From contig JBNKUM010000009.1 in assembly GCA_050298595.1 (NCBI GenBank), positions 32,001-96,000 on the forward strand: 64,000 bases of DNA. Reading direction: 5' to 3'. Shown here piece by piece: positions 59,073 through 64,000 of this stretch. The stretch comes from Gammaproteobacteria bacterium. GTDB lineage: Bacteria; Pseudomonadota; Gammaproteobacteria; GCA-001735895. The notes beneath the pieces are model-generated. The model was not told where the DNA came from and searched no databases. It was given only the letters and a program-made list of their open reading frames with translations. The position numbers and the translations under genes are program-made. Each line of letters opens with the position of its first letter. The stretch's first letter is position 1.

Positions 59073-61373
59073 TTGAAGTTACTCCAAGTTGTTTTATTGT
59101 GTGGCCTGCTCATAGTTGCCAAATCTGTTTTCGCAGTATCTTTTGTGGTGGAAGATATTGAGGTCAGAGGCATTAAAAAGATTTCAGTTGGAACGGTTTT
59201 AAATTATCTGCCAGTGAAAGCCGGTGATTCATTTGACTACACTGAGGCTCCTAAAGTCATCAAGGAGTTATATAAAACTGGCTTTTTTAACAATATCACT
59301 CTATTACAGGAAAATAATTCCCTGATTATTGAAGTTGAAGAACGTCCGGCGATTGCCGAGGTGAATTTTGACGGCAATAAGGAATTGAATGATGATGTGA
59401 TGAAGGATGCCCTTAAACAGACTGGCATGACCAAGGGTAAAATCTACAATCCAAAGCTGCTGGAAAAACTGGAACAGGAATTACAACAGTTATATTACTC
59501 ATTGGGTAAATACTCTGCGAGGGTGAGTGTTAAGGCTACTCAACTGGATGCAGATAGAGTGCAGGTCGATATAGAAATATCTGAAGGTGCCCCAGCCAAG
59601 ATCCGTAGTATTAATTTAATTGGAAATCATGATTTTAGTGACCAGGATTTACTGGATAAATTCGATTTAGTACCTACCGATGACGCCTGGTTTGGTTCAG
59701 ATAAGTATTCCAGTACCAAATTATCCGGTGATCTGGAATCTTTGAAGTCATTTTATCTGGATCAGGGTTATGTACGTTTCAATGTGGCGTCCAAACAGGT
59801 TTCTATCACGCCTGATAAGAAAGATATTAATATCGCTATCAATATGCAGGAGGGTGATCAGTATAAGATCAAAGAGATCAAGTTGACGGGTGATTTGATT
59901 GTGCCAGAGGATGAATTGAAGGCATTGTTGACTTTACGCAGCGGAGATGTTTTTTCGAGAAAAAATATCACTGCTTCTATTAAGCGGATGAATCGTAGGC
60001 TAGGTGATGAAGGCTATGCGTTTGCAAATGTAAGATCTATACCTGAAATAGATGATGAAAGTAAAACTGTGACTTTAACTCTGCTGGTTGATCCAGGTAA
60101 AAAAATGATGGTCAGGCAAATTGTTTTTGAGGGCAATGCGCAGACCAGAGAAACAGTGTTGAGACGTGAATTACGCCAGTTCGAAGGGACTCAGTACTCC
60201 GAGACTCTGATGGATAGATCGAGGATTCGTTTACAGCGCCTGAAGTATATCAGTGCTGTGGATATGCGGAACGTTAAAGTCCCGGGTGAACCTGATCAAA
60301 TGGATGTGATATTTAATGTCACCGAACGCTTTTCAGGTAGCTTCACCGTAGGGCTGGGTTATTCTCAGTCGCAGGGAACATTATTTAATATTGGTTTGAC
60401 TCATGACAATATTTTTGGCTCTGGAAATCAACTGGGATTTGTATTCAACAATAGCTCGGCTGAAGAGCAGTATGAATTTACCTATCTAAACCCTTATTAC
60501 ACTCCGGATGGCATCAGTCGAGGATTCAGTGCAACATATACCAAAACCGATGCCAGTGAAGCTAATATTACCAATTATCTACTCGATAAAGTCCAGCTGT
60601 CTGTTAACTATGGAATTCCTCTATCTGAATATAACAAGGTACATTTTAGTCTAGGCCTGGTGAGAAATGATCTGTCAATTTCAACTTCCAGCTCAGATGA
60701 AGTGAAAAACTTTATTGTTGATAATAATGACAGTATTACCTCAACAACGGATCTCTCTGGAGATGTGTACGACGATGCCTTCGTCAGTGTCAGTTTAAGC
60801 AAGGATAGTCGCAATCGATCAATATTCCCGGATACTGGTTTCTTAAACAGCATTGGTGTAGAGGTCTATGGCGGCGATCTGGATTTCTATAAAGCCCTCT
60901 ATCGACACCAGACGGTATTTCCAGTGGGAGCAGGTGTCACATTCTCGTTTAAGGGACGGCTGGGGTATGGTGAAGCCTTTGGTGACACAACAGACTTACC
61001 ATTTTTCACTAAATATACGGCGGGTGGTGTGCGAACTGTGCGTGGTTATGATTACAACAGTTTAGGACCCAGGGACTCCAAAAATCAGATTTTTGGTGGC
61101 AATTTTCAGGTTGTAACCAATTCAGAATTTTTGTTACCGCTTGATGCATTAGGTGGTGCAGAAAGTTTTCGCCTTGGGTTATACTTCGACGCTGGTAATG
61201 TATTTGCTGAGTCTAGTGACTATGACTCTGCAGAGTTAAGAACTTCTGTGGGCATATCAGCAAAATGGTTTACTCTTATAGGTCCGATTGAACTGAGTTA
61301 TGCAGTTCCATTGAACGATAAGCCTGGTGATAAAACGAAAAACTTCCAGTTCTCATTAGGTGCTCCGTTTTAA
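59073..61373 (+). CDS. bamA: Outer membrane protein assembly factor BamA
   Basis: Signal peptide, POTRA repeats, VRGY motif, C-terminal FQFSLGAPF. Confidence 0.95.
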   Translation: MKLLQVVLLCGLLIVAKSVFAVSFVVEDIEVRGIKKISVGTVLNYLPVKAGDSFDYTEAPKVIKELYKTGFFNNITLLQENNSLIIEVEERPAIAEVNFDGNKELNDDVMKDALKQTGMTKGKIYNPKLLEKLEQELQQLYYSLGKYSARVSVKATQLDADRVQVDIEISEGAPAKIRSINLIGNHDFSDQDLLDKFDLVPTDDAWFGSDKYSSTKLSGDLESLKSFYLDQGYVRFNVASKQVSITPDKKDINIAINMQEGDQYKIKEIKLTGDLIVPEDELKALLTLRSGDVFSRKNITASIKRMNRRLGDEGYAFANVRSIPEIDDESKTVTLTLLVDPGKKMMVRQIVFEGNAQTRETVLRRELRQFEGTQYSETLMDRSRIRLQRLKYISAVDMRNVKVPGEPDQMDVIFNVTERFSGSFTVGLGYSQSQGTLFNIGLTHDNIFGSGNQLGFVFNNSSAEEQYEFTYLNPYYTPDGISRGFSATYTKTDASEANITNYLLDKVQLSVNYGIPLSEYNKVHFSLGLVRNDLSISTSSSDEVKNFIVDNNDSITSTTDLSGDVYDDAFVSVSLSKDSRNRSIFPDTGFLNSIGVEVYGGDLDFYKALYRHQTVFPVGAGVTFSFKGRLGYGEAFGDTTDLPFFTKYTAGGVRTVRGYDYNSLGPRDSKNQIFGGNFQVVTNSEFLLPLDALGGAESFRLGLYFDAGNVFAESSDYDSAELRTSVGISAKWFTLIGPIELSYAVPLNDKPGDKTKNFQFSLGAPF

Positions 61374-61385
61374 TTTGAGGTTGGT

Positions 61386-61916
61386 TTGAAAAATCTGACA
61401 CTATTACTAATCACTTTAATTGGCAGCCTGATAATTAGTCCGGCAGCATTCTCTGCTGCGCAGCCCTATAAAATCGGTTTTGTGAATACAGGTACGGTAC
61501 TCAAGGAAGCTCCGCAAGCGCGCAAGGTGGAAGAGCGCCTGAAAGCCCAGTTTGAGGCACGCGAAAAAGTGTTGCTCAAAAAGCAGGAAGAGTTACTTCA
61601 GATCGAGCAGAAAATGAAGGACGATGCTGAAATCATGTCTCAGGCTACTCAGCGCAAGCTGGAGCGTGAATTACGACTCAAATTAAGTCAGCTTAAATTT
61701 GAGCAACAGGAGTTCAGAGAAGATCAAAACTTAAGGCGTAATGAGGAAATTCGAAATCTGCAATCGGTCATAGCTGGGGTATTGAAACAACTGGGTGATA
61801 ATGAGAAGTTTGATTTGATTCTAACGGAAGGCGTTAGCTATGTATCAGATGCTGTCGATATCACACCAAAGATTATTGAAATGCTGAAAAACCTGCCGGA
61901 GCAGGGTACCAAATAG
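61386..61916 (+). CDS. skp: Periplasmic chaperone Skp/OmpH
   Basis: Signal peptide, KIGFVN, coiled coil, FDLIL...DIT; between bamA and lpxD. Confidence 0.9.
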   Translation: MKNLTLLLITLIGSLIISPAAFSAAQPYKIGFVNTGTVLKEAPQARKVEERLKAQFEAREKVLLKKQEELLQIEQKMKDDAEIMSQATQRKLERELRLKLSQLKFEQQEFREDQNLRRNEEIRNLQSVIAGVLKQLGDNEKFDLILTEGVSYVSDAVDITPKIIEMLKNLPEQGTK

Positions 61917-61984
61917 CTATGCGGCATGCTTCGCGCTCTCAATCCTGTCAATAATTCCCTCAGGTTCTTGTTGGGAAGCTGTTT

Positions 61985-63028
61985 ATGTTGAATCAGCAAT
62001 CATCTGGAATAACCGTTGCCGAACTTGCTAATCGTTTAGCTATTGAATTTCAGGGAGATGGTGATCAGCGAATTCTTTCAGTTGCTTCTTTCAGTTCAGC
62101 GACTAACAGTGACCTTTGCTTCCTGCAATCTGAAACTTATTTACCTCAGCTACTCAGCAGTCAATGCGGTGCAGTCATTGTTGGCCAGGGATTTGCTCAG
62201 GAAATAGCTACTGCAGCTCGATTGATTGCTAAAAACCCGCATAAAGCCTTCGTCGAAGCGATATACCTTTTAAAGCCAGAATTATCACCTGATGTTATCA
62301 AGGATAGCAATATCCATCCATCTGCTCAGGTCGATGATAGTGCAGAGCTGGGAAAGAATATTCAGATTGCAGCAAATTGTGTCATCGGTAAGCGCGTCAA
62401 AATCGGCGATTATGTTCGAATAGGTGCGGGTTGTATTGTTGAAGATGATGTTTACATTGGAGACCGAAGCCATCTGCTAAGTAATGTCACCTTATGCCAT
62501 GACGTCTCGCTCGGTGAACGGGTGATCTTACATCCAGGTGTGGTGATAGGGTCTGATGGGTTTGGCCTGGTTTACGATGAAGGTCACTGGGTTAAAATAC
62601 CGCATCTAGGCGGTGTCATAATTGGTGATCGGGTCGAAATAGGTGCAAATACCACTGTAGATCGTGGTGCACTTGATAATACGGAGATCGAGAATGGGGT
62701 CAAGCTGGATAATCTCATTCAGGTTGCCCATAACGTACGTATCGGTGAAAACACCGCAATTGCTGCGTGCGTAGGCATTGCAGGAAGTGCAATTATCGGT
62801 AAAAACTGTAGAATCTCGGGGGCCGCAGTAGTACTGGGGCATTTAACAATTACTGATAATGTTACCATCACAGCGATGTCGCTGGTGACAAAAAGTATAA
62901 AACAAAGCGGTACCTATTCTTCCGGAACCCCATTAATGGAAAACCATCTTTGGCATCGCAATAATGTGCGATATAAATCGCTCGATAAACTGGCCAGAAC
63001 TATTTCTCGGCTAGAAAAAACATCTTAA
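61985..63028 (+). CDS. lpxD: UDP-3-O-(3-hydroxyacyl)glucosamine N-acyltransferase
   Basis: Hexapeptide repeats, [29 protein letters not shown]. Confidence 0.96.
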   Translation: MLNQQSSGITVAELANRLAIEFQGDGDQRILSVASFSSATNSDLCFLQSETYLPQLLSSQCGAVIVGQGFAQEIATAARLIAKNPHKAFVEAIYLLKPELSPDVIKDSNIHPSAQVDDSAELGKNIQIAANCVIGKRVKIGDYVRIGAGCIVEDDVYIGDRSHLLSNVTLCHDVSLGERVILHPGVVIGSDGFGLVYDEGHWVKIPHLGGVIIGDRVEIGANTTVDRGALDNTEIENGVKLDNLIQVAHNVRIGENTAIAACVGIAGSAIIGKNCRISGAAVVLGHLTITDNVTITAMSLVTKSIKQSGTYSSGTPLMENHLWHRNNVRYKSLDKLARTISRLEKTS

Positions 63029-63040
63029 CTAAGAGAGCTT

Positions 63041-63487
63041 ATGATCGAATTTGATATTCAACAGGTGATGAAGTATCTGCCTCACCGATTTCCCTTCTTA
63101 CTCATTGACCGTGTAATAGAATGTACTGCTGGTGAACATTTAACTGCTCTTAAAAATGTCACTATCAATGAGCCATTTTTTCAGGGGCACTTCCCTGAGC
63201 AACCTATTATGCCCGGTGTGCTGGTCATAGAAGCATTAGCACAGGCAACTGGCTTATTGTCTTTTTGTAGCATGCAGGCAGACCATAATCAAAAGCTGTA
63301 TGTGTTGGTCGGTATAGATAAAGCGCGTTTTAGAGGGCAGGTCTTGCCTGGTGATCAATTGCATTTACAGGTTAGCTTAAAACGAAATATGCGCGGCATA
63401 TTGATGTTTCAGGGAAAAGCTCTGGTAGATGGTAAGGTAGTGGCCGAGGCCGAACTGATGTGCAGCGCACAGGACAGAAAGATATGA
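63041..63487 (+). CDS. fabZ: 3-hydroxyacyl-ACP dehydratase
   Basis: [34 protein letters not shown]. Confidence 0.97.
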   Translation: MIEFDIQQVMKYLPHRFPFLLIDRVIECTAGEHLTALKNVTINEPFFQGHFPEQPIMPGVLVIEALAQATGLLSFCSMQADHNQKLYVLVGIDKARFRGQVLPGDQLHLQVSLKRNMRGILMFQGKALVDGKVVAEAELMCSAQDRKI

Positions 63488-64000
63488 TACACCCTACGGC
63501 AATTATCGACCCCTCTGCCCAATTGGGCAAAGATGTGAGTATAGGTGCCTATAGTGTTATTGGAGCAGATGTCAGTATTGGAGACTTAACCTGGGTTGGC
63601 CCGCATGTGGTCATCTCAGGACCTACCATCATAGGAAAGCATAATAAAATTTATCAATTCAGCTCTTTGGGCGAAGCGCCTCAAGATTTGAAATACGGAG
63701 GAGAACCGACGAAGTTAAGCGTTGGTGATCATAATGTAATCCGTGAATATGTAACCTTTAATCGAGGTACCGTAGATGGCACTGGCGTAACTCGAATTGG
63801 TAGTAACAACCTGTTTATGGCCTATTGTCATGTTGCACATGATTGTCGTGTGGGTGATCACACGGTTTTTGCTAATGCAGCCTCTTTGGCTGGTCATGTA
63901 GAGGTTGGAGATTACGCGACGTTAGGAGGATTTACTTCGGTTCATCAGTTTTCCCGCCTCGGTACTCGCTGTTTTACCGGGCTTGGCTCCGTCATTACTC
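63484..64000 (+). CDS. lpxA: Acyl-ACP--UDP-N-acetylglucosamine O-acyltransferase (3'-truncated by window)
   Basis: Hand translation [15 protein letters not shown]...[12 protein letters not shown]...[11 protein letters not shown]...AYCHVAHDC; ATG overlaps fabZ stop; open to window end. Confidence 0.95.
   Translation, partial: MIHPTAIIDPSAQLGKDVSIGAYSVIGADVSIGDLTWVGPHVVISGPTIIGKHNKIYQFSSLGEAPQDLKYGGEPTKLSVGDHNVIREYVTFNRGTVDGTGVTRIGSNNLFMAYCHVAHDCRVGDHTVFANAASLAGHVEVGDYATLGGFTSVHQFSRLGTRCFTGLGSVIT

Noticed and set aside
1-64000. CRISPR arrays, rRNA/tRNA genes, transposases, integrases, prophage or defence genes
   Set aside because: None recognised; all long ORFs are otherwise assigned and no spaced direct-repeat array was seen by eye

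Overview
64 kb of a gammaproteobacterial chromosome (about 44% GC by eye, gene-dense). 1-6.7 kb: end of a flagellar F6-type chemotaxis cluster (cheZ', cheA, ParA/ParC, ParP-like CheW, cheW, a 52-aa ORF missed by the ORF track) and a convergent FliK-domain/FlhB-C pair. 6.9-24.6 kb: a GGDEF cyclase with a sigma-54/FleQ-type promoter and an F7/Che2-type chemosensory system (cheY, ParA, McpA-like receptor, STAS, PilZ, inverted ispG, cheA, cheW, two hybrid heme-PAS receptors, cheW, STAS, CheZ-like protein, cheR, cheD, cheB). 24.7-47.9 kb: tesA/ybbA/ybbP, relA, a cytochrome b-SHP-diheme cytochrome c-PepSY-response regulator-kinase operon, greB, DUF1127, dusA, an EptA-family transferase, argG, dinB and two decayed gene remnants. 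48-64 kb: the conserved glnD-map / rpsB-tsf-pyrH-frr-uppS-cdsA-dxr-rseP-bamA-skp-lpxD-fabZ-lpxA' block. No rRNA, tRNA, CRISPR array or transposase was seen. Most interesting signals: (i) three promoters with identical geometry, TTAAG-N6-TTAA(G/T)-N10-(-10), one driving the cytochrome/two-component operon and two preceding apparently paralogous ~90-100 nt structured non-coding transcripts; (ii) CheZ-like DxxxQ motifs and a shared G(D/E)IExF tail in several F7 proteins; (iii) receptors combining FAD-PAS or NIT-like sensors with Aer2-type heme-PAS. Family assignments come from motif recognition and recall, not from database searches.
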